A stretch of DNA of 63,617 bases, filler included, from Reticulomyxa filosa (GCA_000512085.1; 23 parts of 23 records of this genome joined end to end with filler, not necessarily neighbours in it), one strand, 5' to 3'; positions 13,237 through 26,419 are shown, counted from the whole stretch's first letter. Notes: generated from the letters alone by a model not told the origin. A program made the numbers and translations.

Positions 13237-14206
13237 TTATTCCTTTCGAATACTTTTTGCTTTCTTGGGTTTGACTTGTCCGGTAGTAGTTTTTGTTGTA
13301 TCATCTGCACTTTCTTGATTTGGGCTCTCAGGTTTGTTATCCTTTCTATTGATCAAAGATCGATGACAGTCCAAAAACAAACAAAAATTTGGTTTCATGC
13401 CAATCCACAAATGCATATATGCGTATACATCGTATATATAATGTTTAAAATTGTGTGGCTAGTGGTCATATATATCGTAACGATTGAACAGGAAAGGGTC
13501 TTTTCAAATAGTCATATTTGTGCGGAGGAAGATTCAGCACAAATATTTGCACCAATGGATCATCAAATAACCCCAGCGAGTTAATGACAGAACTCATAAC
13601 CAAAGGCATTACCAATCCAAATTTCCAATGAATCAATGGAACAATAATCAATACCAAGCCAATTTGTTGAAATTTTTGAAACCACCATTTCAGGTCGTAT
13701 TCCTCTGTTGTCATCAAAGTTGCCTTCTTAGTGCTGAATGTTGATTTTATTATTGTTATTGTTGTTATTTATTTATTCACTTTTTCAAAACTGAGTTCAG
13801 AAATTTTTAACAAATTCGGACTTTTGTTTGATTTAGTTTGCATTTGTGAACTATTTAACTTGTCAGCAGGCGACGACTTGAACAAGAATGACAAGGGATT
13901 AGGCGGGTTCAATTGTTCTGGAAATACACTTATTTTTACATTTTTATCTGGATTTAATTTGATTTTGGTTAATACATAAAACAGCGTACAGACCAATAGG
14001 AACTGGCAAACCCCAAAAAAAACTATTTTGTTGTGCCCAAACAAAATATCCACAAGTTTTATCCTTGAACAAATACCTACAAACAAAAACTTTTTCTCCA
14101 AACTTCTGAAATTATTAATTGTGTGTGGACTGGACGTGTCAAAAAATGTTTTGACAACGAAAATGACCACAAGGGGAGCTACCATTTTTGCACTACCCAA
14201 CCTCAT
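13237..14206 (-). CDS. PHO88: PHO88/SND3-family ER membrane protein (multi-exon)
   Basis: MTTEEYDL...LIHWKFGLVMPLVMSSV...FDDPLVQIFV...LKRPF matches the Pho88/Snd3 pattern. Last exon ends KAKSIRKE* (13237-13239). Confidence 0.8.
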
Positions 14207-14889
14207 GATTTATTATTTGTTTTGGGAGAAATAAAAAATTTACAAGTTCTTTTTTTTGTCAAACTCTTAGAAACAAGTGACAACCTTTTTATAACTCAAC
14301 AGTTTGAACTGATTGTTTTTCAGTTTTTTTAAAAAATTAATTGTTAAGGTATTTTATTTATTTAAGTAATTTGAATTTATTAACCAAACTATTAAATCTT
14401 CCTCTGTTAAATAAGGGCAATAATGTGAAAACATGGCACAGTAAATTTGATAGTTTCAAAAGCGAGAGAATTTTAATTTTCCAGAATAAATTTGAATGAT
14501 ATCCTTGCTAAAAACGAAAATCCGATTAATGCCTTTCCAAAAAAAAACGAAAGCAAAGCAAACCAATGACTAACCTATCATAAACCTCGACAAGAATAAG
14601 CAAAACAAAAAGAACAAGACAACAAAAAAGAGAAAGAAATAAAGAATAAATAAAAAACAAAAGCAAAAGAGAATTCAATAGGGATACATACTTTACTTTT
14701 CCTAATGTCTTTTTGTTTTTGTTTTTTTTTCTTTGTGAATAATTAAAAATAACCCAGAGAAAATTCAAAAATTAATCAATCATTCTCGCTCAAACGCATG
14801 CCAAAAAAGAACGACACAAGAAAATGAAAAACATAAAAACACAATCGAAAAAACAAAGAAAAAGCTAATGCAAAAGATAGACAGTGGAT

Positions 14890-15390
14890 TCATGGCATTG
14901 TAGCAATAGTTTGTAGGCAAGCGTTGCAACATTTAACAATTTGTTTGGAAGGTGGTAGTTCCAAGCGACAATGAGTAGACATTGGAACAAGCAATGGATT
15001 GGACCACTTTAGTTTGATTTGCGTGATGACTTCCTGGACTTGGTTCAGATCTTGAAACAAATATGTGGAACGCCAAGAGCTGGAGCGGATTGCAATATCA
15101 CAAAGGATCATTTGATGAATCAACTTCACAATATTTCGCACACAAAACACGTCATAAAAATCGGAGGAAATAATTGACAATAATTGATCCACAAAAAGGC
15201 TATGGCTGGAATGTGGTCGATCTTTTGCAAACGCAGTCAACACTATTTCCATCACATTTTTTTCATCGTTCCTGTTTTGGTCGCTTTCAAATGCTTCCAA
15301 TAATTTCGCGCTGCCGAAACGAGTCTCTTCTTCATTACAATTGCCATCAATTAACAAGTTTACCCATTCCCGGATCTCTGCTTCGCGGTC
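14890..15390 (-). CDS. Hypothetical protein, C-terminal exon (5'-partial)
   Basis: 155-aa open frame with coding-like composition that begins after an A-rich acceptor. No family recognised. Confidence 0.5.
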   Translation of the reverse strand, partial: DREAEIREWVNLLIDGNCNEEETRFGSAKLLEAFESDQNRNDEKNVMEIVLTAFAKDRPHSSHSLFVDQLLSIISSDFYDVFCVRNIVKLIHQMILCDIAIRSSSWRSTYLFQDLNQVQEVITQIKLKWSNPLLVPMSTHCRLELPPSKQIVKCCNACLQTIATMP

Positions 15391-15508
15391 TTTTTTTTTT
15401 TTTTTTTTNNNNNNNNNNNNNNNNNNNNNNNNNNNNNNNNNNNNNNNNNNNNTTAATTAATTAANNNNNNNNNNNNNNNNNNNNNNNNNNNNNNNNNNNN
15501 NNNNNNNN

Positions 15509-16167
15509 TGACTTTGATGGATGCTTTGAAGAAAACCGTCAGTCAACCAAAAAGGCAAACAAAGACATCATTCCGTATGTCAATCAGTGATGTTTATGAC
15601 ATTAAAGAAGTTGATGATGTGATCACTAGACATATTGGATAAGGAAAAATTACCCCTTGGTGTCCATGTTCGTTTTTATCCAACGAACAGTCGACAAAGC
15701 CGAAGCTAGTGACAAACGTTAATGTAAACGTGAAAAAGGAAAATAGGCCACAAACTGGTGATGTGATTTGCATTTATGGCCCTGCACACCAAATTTACCG
15801 CTTTGGTATTTATTCAAGATCATTTCAGGACAATTGAAAGCTGTGACTAATGATGGAAAAGACAACTATAAAGGAGAATTACCTTGTCAAATGTTGGAAA
15901 TTAAATGGAAAATGGAAAGTTGATAGCGCCACTTTCATTGAGACTGGTGACCAAGCTGTCAAAAATGCGATTAGTTGTGACATCCTTTGATTAATACAGA
16001 CTATTGAGTATGTCAAAAAAAATTTCTTGTACATATGATATCATGTATAATAAAAAATAATAATTTATATTGTGCCTGTTGTTATTATATTATTATAGGA
16101 AGAATGGTTACAATGGACAAACTTGTCGATTGTGCTGGGAAAAGTTGTGTCAGTAAAATGCAAATGA
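15509..16167 (+). pseudogene. EFL: EFL (EF-1alpha-like GTPase) pseudogene, domains II-III, intron retained
   Basis: Hand translation gives TLMDALKKTVSQPKR...FRMSISDVYDIKEVDDVITRHIG*GKITP, KENRPQTGDVI, QDH.GQLK, CQMLEIKWK, FIETGDQA and RMVTMD..SIVLGKVVSV. The DVIT.R and MD....LGKV patterns are EFL-type, not EF-1A (GTVPVGR). Contains stops and frameshifts. Confidence 0.8.
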
Positions 16168-17046
16168 GAGAACAACATAATTGAAACATCAGTTGAATTG
16201 ATAGAATGAAACTTTTTACGATCAGTACTGTTTAGGGGGGAGAGGTGTTTTTTTTTTTGCCTGCAGACAACAGCAGTTCTTGTACTCGTATAGCTTTTGG
16301 TTGCGTCAAGAAGTATACAAGACGATAAGAGATTGTATGCCAACTAAAACTCCAAAGATAACTTGATCAAACTAAGTCAAAAGTGGAACACAAGAGAAAA
16401 TGATGATAAAAAAGATTGTATCATTTTTTCGTTGTAACGCTCGTATGCTGGTCCAGGCGGCTATCGGGGCATATACTTGTGGAAGTGAAACACCACTTAC
16501 TCCAGGTAGGAAGCGGGTAGTAAGCGAGTGTGGCGGCTCACCAAGCGCCTATCATTATTTGCCTTTTTTTTATATCAAAAATTACGATCTCTGTAACATT
16601 ATACGAAGAAAATACATATTTGTATCATATGCTTTAAAATTTAAATTTACATCATTCGAAAAGCAATTTGATACATTGAGAAAACATTTGGGATTTTGTA
16701 AAAGTAATGCAATTGCTGCACGACCACAATGTCTTTTATACTTTTCTGGTGTCCATAAAAAAAGGAAAAACGTAGCGCAAAAATAAACTTAAGCAAGCAA
16801 AGAGTTATAAAAAATACCAACATCACATAGACATGAAAGTATTACAGCCCTCCCAAACATTAGTACTTTTTCAAGTCATCCCTCCCGCAAAAGAAATTAT
16901 TTCGTTTTTGTAATATTTTTTTCCCATATTGAGAAAAAAAAAAAAAAAAAAGCAAATCAAGACAAAATGACCACTTTTTATGTATTGTTGGCATTTCAAA
17001 ATTTTCTCTTAATCTAAGTCTCATCAAGTTTTTTTAAAAAAAAATA

Positions 17047-18953
17047 TCATTCGTTTGATGATTGGTTATCAAAATAACGACGAGAAAATTCAAATGCACA
17101 CGAACACGCCACACAAGAAGGTAGAAATTTGGTTAAATGATTTCCAAACCCGCGAAAGAGAAATTCACAGTTGACATTTTGCGACAGTATCTGTCGAATT
17201 TGTGTTGAAAACGTCACTGTATGGCCGGCCGTTGAGAGTAGTGAAGGTGAAGAATGAAGAGATAGCTGCAGAGCAGGATAGTACAAGACTGATGCCACAA
17301 CTCCGCCAGCCCCAGCTGTGAGTGCCACTTCGTTGAAACACAATTGCCTCTTATGATCAATCGATTGCGACTTCATATCTTTGAACAACTCAAAAGAGCC
17401 AAAAAAGGCTGCATAGCGTAAGCCCAACAATAAAGAAGCACTGGGTGCGCTCCAAGACACCAAAGACCCAGCAACACCAGCTGCAGTAAATCTCTCCATA
17501 AATGTTCGGTGCCATGGTTTGTTTTCTTTATCTGTTATTTTGTAAAGTGTTGTATTTTTACTGATTCAATAGCAACAACAATCTGTTCGAGATCATATTT
17601 TTTTTTTTTATTATTATTATTATTTACCTGTATGAAACAAATGTTGTTTCAGATGCTCGTACACCGAAAAGTAAATGGCAACGCCAGGAACGGTATGCAA
17701 AGCCAACAAGCGAACTCCTAAAGGTCTATTAAATGAAAGACCATTAGCAATACCCAGTGTGGTAAGAGTGACAGCAATGCCGCCACATGCTCCAGCGCGA
17801 CAATTGATCCATAGTTGCTCCCATAAGGAGTGAGAGCGTTTGACAGGCCTCATTGCCCATGTTCCACCATTTGGAACTTGGTTATTGTTTTGGCGCTCTT
17901 CATATTCGCAGTAGTCCATCGGTAACGAGGCGGATAACAAGTCGTCCCCTTTGCGATCAATTCCGTTGCTTTTTGCAAAGTGAGCGCAAAACATGTAAGC
18001 TCTTCTCAGCGTCTCACTTCGAGGCCGCGAACCGTCACAAAGCAAGTCCGTCTTCCAACTGGAAGTCGCGTTATCCACTTCAGTACCTTCAATTAGGTAC
18101 GACGCGATTCCTGTGTCCTTCGTCAAATACCATTGCTTTTTGTTCGCTGCTGGGGGTCGCGTCAAAGCGTTCAACCAAACAAACGACCTTTCCACAGTTT
18201 TTTTTTTTTTTTTTTTTTGAACTTGTATATCTTTATATCCTATACAATCGCCTTTGTAAACACATGTCAAATTAGTGACATTGCATTACCACAAAGATGT
18301 TAAGCTCTTCTTCACAACACCGCCACTGCCATGAGCAAGTAACGCAGTTATTTCTGTCTCAGCCAAGTGTGTATGTTCTTCGATCGACGAGCAACTTCCA
18401 GCGCTTTGCTTCATTTCAGTATCGAATACAATAGAGGTGTCATTTCCGTTGTCTTTGTCGTCCTCATCATTGTTATTGTTGTCATTAATATAATTATTAA
18501 CATTATCATTACTGTTGTCATAACCGGAATTGTTATCAATGCTAATACCATTGCCATCATCGTCATCATCATCAACGGCATTGATGACAGGGGAAGCAAT
18601 GTTATCGCCAACTTGCTCGTTATTGTCGTACACAAGGTCTGCTATTGGTGTTTGTTGCTCTTGTTCCAATTCTTCCTCGATCGTACATATTTTGGAAACT
18701 ACTTCGTCGGTCTCGACAACAGCAAAAACCTGTCCTTCTTTCTTCATCAAACAACTTTTGTCATACGACTGCGCATCGTCGCCTATTTCCAAAGTGGTCC
18801 ATTTCTTATCATTCATCGCGCTGCCATTGCTGGAGTAATGCTTATGCCATAGCTCTTCCAATTCTTTCATTGTCGACTTTGCAAACTTCAATGGTACAAA
18901 TTGCGCAATTTCTTGACGACACAAAGGACAGGAGAAGTTGTTACGCACCCATT
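17047..18953 (-). CDS. RING-finger (C-terminal half visible) + acidic linker + degenerate mitochondrial carrier (SLC25)-like domain, 5'-partial
   Basis: WVRNNFSCPLCR. In-frame splices TG|G (intron ~18289-18188) and G|AT (intron ~17628-17532). Carrier-like helices AGACGG...PGVAIYFSVYEHLK, AAGVAG...AAFFGSFELFK, AGAGGVVASVLYYP...LFRGFG...PSCVACSCAFEF. Confidence 0.7.
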
Positions 18954-19125
18954 CTTTTTTTTTTTTTTTTTTTTGTATTATTTTGTTACGTATACAAAAA
19001 ACACAAAAAATTATTTTTTTTGTTTNNNNNNNNNNNNNNNNNNNNNNNNNNNNNNNNNNNNNNNNNNNNTTAATTAATTAANNNNNNNNNNNNNNNNNNN
19101 NNNNNNNNNNNNNNNNNNNNNNNNN

Positions 19126-19740
19126 TTTATCTTCTAATCCATTTACATATTCAAAGGCATCATCTAATTACTTTTTATTTAATTTTATAGAAATATGTCC
19201 AATGAATCGTGCATACAAGTAAAGATTATGTTCATCGTTACATTTAAATTTATTAATCAAACACATGAAAGAAATATCAAATTGTGTTTCATTCAATTGT
19301 ATTACAAGTTTTCCCAATAAATCATTTAACATGTCACAATAATACTGATTTATATTTTGAAGTCCATCCACCAAATATTGAACAATAATATCCAATTGTT
19401 TTTCATTCCATTTTTTTGCAAGCACTTGTCGACATGACCACCGAAAAATCCAATTCCTATCTTTTAATCCATTTATCAAATATCATCAAAATATTTTCAT
19501 CCAGTTTCACTGCTATTGTCCCAAATAATTCTGCGCATTCCCTACGCCCATTTACATCATCACTTCTGCCATTTGATATACGCATTAAAGAGTTTAAGAC
19601 TTCCTTCAATTGTTTTTCATTCAATTTCAGCGCCATTCTTTCAAGTAGACAGGCATATTCACCCTGTCCATATATAGATCTCTTTTAAATATCTAATCTG
19701 CTGATCAAAAAATTAAAAGCATCAATCAATTGTTGTGCCT
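19126..19740 (-). pseudogene. Degenerate HEAT/ARM-like helical repeat gene
   Basis: Repeats such as LINGLKD...R.SC...L...A.K.NEKQLD, broken by frameshifts. Confidence 0.6.
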
Positions 19741-20667
19741 AGTTCTTTGTTTTCTTCCTTTACTTTTGAGTTTCATTAATACAAGTCCTCTGAATATTTT
19801 TCTTTTTAGTCTTTCCCCGAACTTGATATTTTTTCTTTGGTTTTAATAAAATTGGAATGTGTGGAAAGTTATTTCTTTTTAGTTTTTTGTTGTTTGCAAG
19901 TCCATTATTTCTGCAACTGATTGTAGCGAGTTATTTTGTAATGTATTTTGATGTGAAAATTGGACTTTAAAATAAAAAAGAGTCACATTGCATGAGTTTG
20001 TTCATGTAACATTATTTATACACGGATTTATAATTGAGGAATGCTTTGTCATCTAATTTTTACTTTCAATTTCTTCAACTTGTTCAAACACAGCGTGGAG
20101 GGGACAACGCTAAGAAAAATCTCTTCGTGTTTTTTTTTTTGGTAATTCATCCATAAACATTATAAACAGCAAGTTGGAAAGTAAGGAATGCCAGTGAATT
20201 TACCAATCCAAAACCTAATAATCAAGGAGGACGAGGTCGTAGATTACGTTATGTAAACTATGGACACTACGACGAGTTTGGAGAAAATGAAAATGCAGCT
20301 TTTTATAACAGCAAAGCAAGGAATAAAAGCAGAACTTTCCATAAAAGAATTTCTACTCATATGAACGAACTTCGAATTTTTGTTACCATCATGTTCAGAG
20401 CAGCGGATATTTTAATCGCAGACAAAGTCATGATTATCAGTATATCAGACAAAGTGTGTATCAACATCAAGAACAATAATAAAAACAACAATCGTTACAC
20501 GGGATATTGTCATGGTAATCACAGTTACGGTGATGATGATGCTTTATTTTGGAGTCAAAGAGGCAGAAAAAAGTATTGGAGACGTCGAGAGAAACTATAT
20601 TTGGTAAATGGACAAAATATATACATATATATGAAATATTTTTACTTTTAAACAAATTAAAAAATAG

Positions 20668-21463
20668 ACAAATGAAGAAGCAGATTTAATAGTAGAACAT
20701 TGGGTTTGGTCTTCGACGATTAAAAGATGATGGATTTATGAATTTAACAAAATAATTGCAAAATATGTTAAATTACATTCAGTATCAACACATTTCATAT
20801 ATTCATATAATTACATGTTGATATGTTAACATACTAACATAGGCCAAAGGTTTTTAAATTGTCGAAAGTATTAAAAGGATGCTCTTACAAAATTGACAAG
20901 CTAGCATTTTCGGCAGATGGTAGCAAGTTTTATTTGTTAGCAATGGATTGTACATTTGAAATATAAGACATTGCATTCGGTAAGAAAATTCAAACTTTCA
21001 ACAAAAGTAATGAAGTGCAAGATTTTATAGTATTTTCACCAGATGGGAGTACTTTGTATCGAATGCAAACAATGGAATGCAATCATAGGATATATAGCCA
21101 GGAAAGAAAGTGATGCGATTTGAAGAGATTATAGCACATAATGTGGAAATAAAATTTTCTTCAGATGGTGAATATATTGCTGCAATTTCATTTATTGAAA
21201 AGATTAGATTCTGGAAAACAAATTCAAAGACTAGAAGAAAAAAATAATGATAATGAGAAATATTCACCGAATAGACAAATAGCTGCATTATCAGTTAGTT
21301 TATTGGATATGAAATTGAATAAAAAAGTGAAAGAAATAGACATATATGATGCCTTAAAAGCAAAATTATCTCAAGGCGGTAGATTTCTTGTAGCTTTTTC
21401 ATTCTATAATAATGTGGTCACAATATTGGACTTGGAATCATAAGATGTGTTACAAGTAATATA
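20668..21463 (+). pseudogene. WD40-repeat pseudogene with N-terminal HWxR..GWI exon
   Basis: Exon 20668-20766 TNEEADLIVEHWVWSSTIKR*WIYEFNKIIAKY, then degraded FSADG/FSPDG/FSSDG WD units with stops. Confidence 0.75.
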
Positions 21464-23599
21464 TTTTTCCTTTCTCTAAAAGGCACGACAAATCGCAGTA
21501 TTTTGTTTATCATTTAAAAATTTAGTGGGAACACCGATACCACACAAAAAATATAAGTGATGTATTTCTTCAAGTGAAAACAATCAATCAAAAAATAATA
21601 AATCATGAATATCCAAATTGACAAAATTTTAGTTTTAAAAAACTTTAAAAGTGGTTATTAATGTTGTTGGAGTTTGAAGAGTTGGAATGGTCAGAAAAGT
21701 TGGGATGGTCTGAAAGATTGTTGCAAAAGCTGAAATAACTTGAAGAGTTAGACGATCTTGAAGAATTGGCATTTCGATTTTCATGGACCAAAATGGTCCT
21801 TCCTAAAAAAAAAAAACAAACAATAAAATATTTAAATGAAAAAAAAAAAGAAAAAAATTAACTTGTAGTGGAGTGACTAACACAATGAAACCAAAAAAAA
21901 TGGATAAAATTGTAATACAAATAATCGCAATTGGATCTTTACTAAAATTAGCGGCATATAACAGTTAAGCAACACTTATACTTTGATAACAGAAATTTGA
22001 ATGCTGGCATTTAGCGATCAATTCATGTAAATATGTCTTGTCTTGCATATTAACCAGATACAAAAATTAGTGAAAATCTTTCCAAAAATTCATCTCTTTT
22101 TGAAAAAATTTTCATTATTTAAATTCTTTCTTTTTTTTAATCTTTGTTTTTTCTTTTATTCAAACTTCTATTATCTATTTACAAATCTTCTTTTTTGTTA
22201 TTCTCCTCACGGCTTGAAAGAAGAAAAAAAAAGAAACAATCATTGGATGAAACGGATATGTCAAAGAGTTCTGAAACGAGTGTGGAAAAAAAAGAAGCGA
22301 AGCTATGGTGATTGCTCTCATCTCCTTTTCTTTTTCGTGGATGTCGATTACTTCGAAGTGTTACAGGTGTGAAAATCTCCTATCGACTTATCTCAATCTC
22401 TTTTTATTTGTGTTTGGATAGCTATCTCGTGCAAGTAACCCAAATCGAATCTATAAATTTCGACAATATTTCTATTATCAACGCATATATCAACAATAAT
22501 CTGATTGAAACGATGAACAAAGAGCCAGTGCAATTACCGGATAAAAGATTGGCGTACAGTTGGATATAACCATATTACGAAACAGTCACTATTTGGCAAA
22601 TATTGTTACGAAAATGAATTTGACTGTTCCACTATTTATTATTACAAATCATCACATGTTCAATATCAATTACAATCGTCATTGTCATCGTTATATTGCT
22701 GCAAGTTGATGCTGCGCCCCATGTCGGACGGAAGCTCACGAGAAACGGACTACAAAATTGGAGACATCTACAGTATGTTACAAAGAAAACTGAACGCCTA
22801 AAACGATATCCTNNNNNNNNNNNNNNNNNNNNNNNNNNNNNNNNNNNNNNNNNNNNTTAATTAATTAANNNNNNNNNNNNNNNNNNNNNNNNNNNNNNNN
22901 NNNNNNNNNNNNAGGGGATGCACTTTTTTTTTTTCAAAAACTCTTTCCAAACACTAAAATTCTTGCGTGCAAGAATTTTATTCTATCTTTTTTTCATTTT
23001 GCAACAATCCACTAAGAAATATTTTTTCACACCAAGATGTGATAAGTAGTTAGTTCTGAAATTCTTGGATATGCCTCTTTGGTAATCACAAGAACACATA
23101 ACTCATCCTTACGCTCTACGTTCACTGCCAAACAGCAATAGTGTTGGAAAAAAAAGAAAAATATGGACCATTTTAAAAATGTTTAATAAATGCAAATGTT
23201 ATTTCATTTCAACAAAATTACTACTTCGTTATCGATCGTCAATTGTTTGAATATCTTCAACGACCACTTTGTATATTCGATATCATCTTATAGTGACCCC
23301 ATTCGGAGAAAGTATTAATGCAATGTGACCATTAGAATCAGTACATCACAATTGAAAGAAACACATGAAATTGTGCAAGTACATTTGAACAATTTCATAT
23401 GCAACGATTTATTGCTCTGGTTTACATAATGAACCAAAAAAAGATTGTTATGTAATGTGAATTTTTGCGCATACCTTTTTTTTAATATAAATTTGAGAAC
23501 TTTGTATTAATTGTGTAGTTTTAGTCAGTAATACGTCAAACTTTTTAGTTGAAGGAAGTGGAAAAAAAGAAAAAAGTGGAACAAATTTTAAATATATTT

Positions 23600-23920
23600 G
23601 GATCATGCTGGAGTCCGATCTTACAGGAAATACTGAAGTGAAAGGCTATGAATCCAAACAACGAAAGCTATGCACATGACACTTTGTAAAGACTTGTGCA
23701 TACGTTGGGGTTCACAGAGCAACAGCCTCACAGATGGGATTAAATGGAAACAAGCAATTGGCGATAACTTTGAACAGCGCATGGGTGATGACTTGTGCGT
23801 TTTCGCCATCGTATGATTACATTGCAAGTGGTGATTTGGACAACATTGTGTCTATTTTCCGAATTACCGCAAAAGACAAGAATGCGCCAAACGGAGGAAA
23901 ATTTAAATCAAAAGTTGAGT
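23600..23920 (+). pseudogene. Heterotrimeric G-protein beta subunit pseudogene fragment
   Basis: AITLNSAWVMTCAFSPSYDYIASGDLDNIVSIF matches G-beta AIPLRSSWVMTCAYSPSG..VACGGLDNICSIY. The upstream part is degraded. Confidence 0.75.
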
Positions 23921-24146
23921 NNNNNNNNNNNNNNNNNNNNNNNNNNNNNNNNNNNNNNNNNNNNTTAATTAATTAANNNNNNNNNNNNNNNNNNNNNNNN
24001 NNNNNNNNNNNNNNNNNNNNATATGTATATGTATATAAGTGAATGTGGCTCCATTGTTTGTCAAATAAAACCAAACTCAAACTCAAACTCAAACTTATCA
24101 ATGATTAGAAAAAGAGGGAGAAAAAGGAGAGCCGATAGACGTAAGC

Positions 24147-25020
24147 AATGAAAAGCCGCAAAGTCCGAATAACAAGGACTTGGAGACGACACCAGGAAAA
24201 GGAGTGACGGGAATGGGAGCAGAGACAGTGACAGCGACAGCGACAGCAGCATTGGCGCCAGCGACCGAGGCAAAAGACGAAAAGACGACGAAGATGACGG
24301 AGAAAGACAAGGAAGACTTTGTGGCGGATGTGATCAAAGAGTACTTGCATTTGTCAGCGTCGTCTGTGAAGATCAAATTCCCGCTGGTCTCCGCCATATC
24401 CAACGAAATGTTGATCGAGCAGACGAGACATTTGCCGTTTTACCAATATCACGACTTTATGGTGCGAATCATGGAAAAAGAAATGAAGCGTTTGGAAGAA
24501 GAGAAAAAAAGAAAATTGGAGGAGACAGAGCGTCAGCGTCGAAGATCGCAAGCGGATTCCACGTTACAAAAGCCTGTCGGTCGTCGTTCTTTGCTCGGGA
24601 ATTTCTTCGGTATATACATATATATATACATATATATGTATATATGTATATATTTAGTGATCTCCTCATCTAAACTACACATATACATATACGTATATAT
24701 ATATATGTACATATATGGATAGGGCTTTTTAGTGGAAAAGAACAACCCGAGGCCGGAAAAGAAGAAGAAACAGACGATGAAGACGACCACAAGACTTCTA
24801 GAGGACGTATGAAAGATGCAAGCAGTGCTCCTGGCTCGCCTTTGAAATCATTTGCGAAAAGCAAGTCGTCCAGCAACATATCGACTCCCAACATTGTGTC
24901 ATCGCGTCCCACTATGCTCCGCCAAAACTCGGCAGACACGCCTCGTACGGATCGTGTGGTGCAGACTGAGCGTGCTCGGCAAAATGCCACCAAGTTGTCG
25001 GCACGTGAGAGACTGGACGA
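24147..25020 (+). CDS. Hypothetical protein (small helical domain + coiled coil, 3'-partial, TA-repeat intron ~24610-24722)
   Basis: Open coding-like frames 24180-24610 and 24723-25020, separated by a GT..AG microsatellite intron. Confidence 0.55.
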
Positions 25021-25273
25021 NNNNNNNNNNNNNNNNNNNNNNNNNNNNNNNNNNNNNNNNNNNNTTAATTAATTAANNNNNNNNNNNNNNNNNNNNNNNN
25101 NNNNNNNNNNNNNNNNNNNNTTTTTTTTTTTTTTTTTTATTTTCCCTTTTTTTTTTTTTTTTTTGTTTTGTTTTTTTTTTATCCTTTCAATATTTTTGTG
25201 TAAACTAACAATCGATACGTATACGAAAAACAAAAACAAAAACATGCAACAACACGTACTTAGTTAATAATAG

Positions 25274-26419
25274 ATACATTTGGCCGAGGATGCACCAAGT
25301 TGTATTTTGTGTTGGACGAAGCCAGCAACGGCCCCAAAGAGTATCACGGAGTTGAAACTTTGACCATTTCACTGTCACGTGAACAAGGAAAAGATATCAA
25401 GCAACGGAATATTTGGGAGAAAGTTCACCGAATGTGGGCACGTGTCTATCAGGTCTTAAATAGTTTTTTTTTTTTTTTTAAAGTCCAAGCAATAAAAAAA
25501 AAAAAAAAATATTTCGTGTTCAGACGGAACTTAACAATTTTGATTGGTTCATTAAAGCTGATGACGATACATTCATCATGACAGAAAATATGCGCGGATT
25601 TTTGCAATATTACGACCCAAATTACCCACATTACTTGGGACACACACTTCGTGCGCGCTGGGGCGAGGAAAATTTAATATTTAACAGTGGCGTGTGCTAC
25701 GTTATGTCTCGTGGAGCGTTGAACAAATTGGGGCCGTACATTTCGCACTTGCCTTCGCTTCCTGCCCTCACCGCGAGATCTCATTGTATCGATCGCGAAG
25801 GAGCCGGAGAAGACCCGACCATGGGAGTTTGTATGGGCGGTGTGGGAATTAGACCTGGTAAGTTTTATTTGTTTGTTTGTTTGATTAAAAATTGCTTCGC
25901 ATATGCGTATACGGATACAAACATCACGTTCGATTTTTTGTGGATATTTTTTTTCAAAAAAAAAAAGGTAACACTTTGGATCATGAAATGAGAGAAAGGT
26001 TTTTGATATTTCGACCAGAGGATCATGTCAAAATTATTCGAGAAGACACATGGTATTGGGCATTCAAACCACCTCAAGTGAAGCAAGGGGAAGATTGCTG
26101 CTCGCCTTATATTGTTTGTGCTCATAATTACAAGCTCTTGGATGAAGCACAATACTGGTATCCCATTTTACAGGAAAAATATAACCAACCCAAAGACTGG
26201 AGCAAGATCCCATTACCGCCGCTTCCACGCACTTTTATCTACGATCCCTCGCAAGCCAATTTTGAATTTGACGATTACTTTAATATTAAAAATCCTCCCG
26301 TTGGACAAAGAATTTGTCTTGGTCCTGGCAAAGAGTGGCAATGTGCGGGGTGCAATCTCAGTGATCCTGAAGATGTTTTTCGGACAGACTGGTGGGATGG
26401 CCCCGTCCAAAAAAAATAG
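25274..26419 (+). CDS. GT31 glycosyltransferase, C1GALT1/T-synthase-like (5'-partial, introns)
   Basis: TFGRGCTKLYF, DWFIKADDDTF (DxD motif), ENMRGFLQYYDPNYPHYLG, SGVCYVMSRGAL, EDPTMGVCM, D...RERF..F.P..H, CCS. Confidence 0.88.

Noticed and set aside
15640-15642. In-frame TAA/TGA at conserved positions as stop-codon reassignment
   Set aside because: They occur only in genes that also have frameshifts, and they replace different residues (Q, G, W). Intact genes use TAA, TAG and TGA as true stops.
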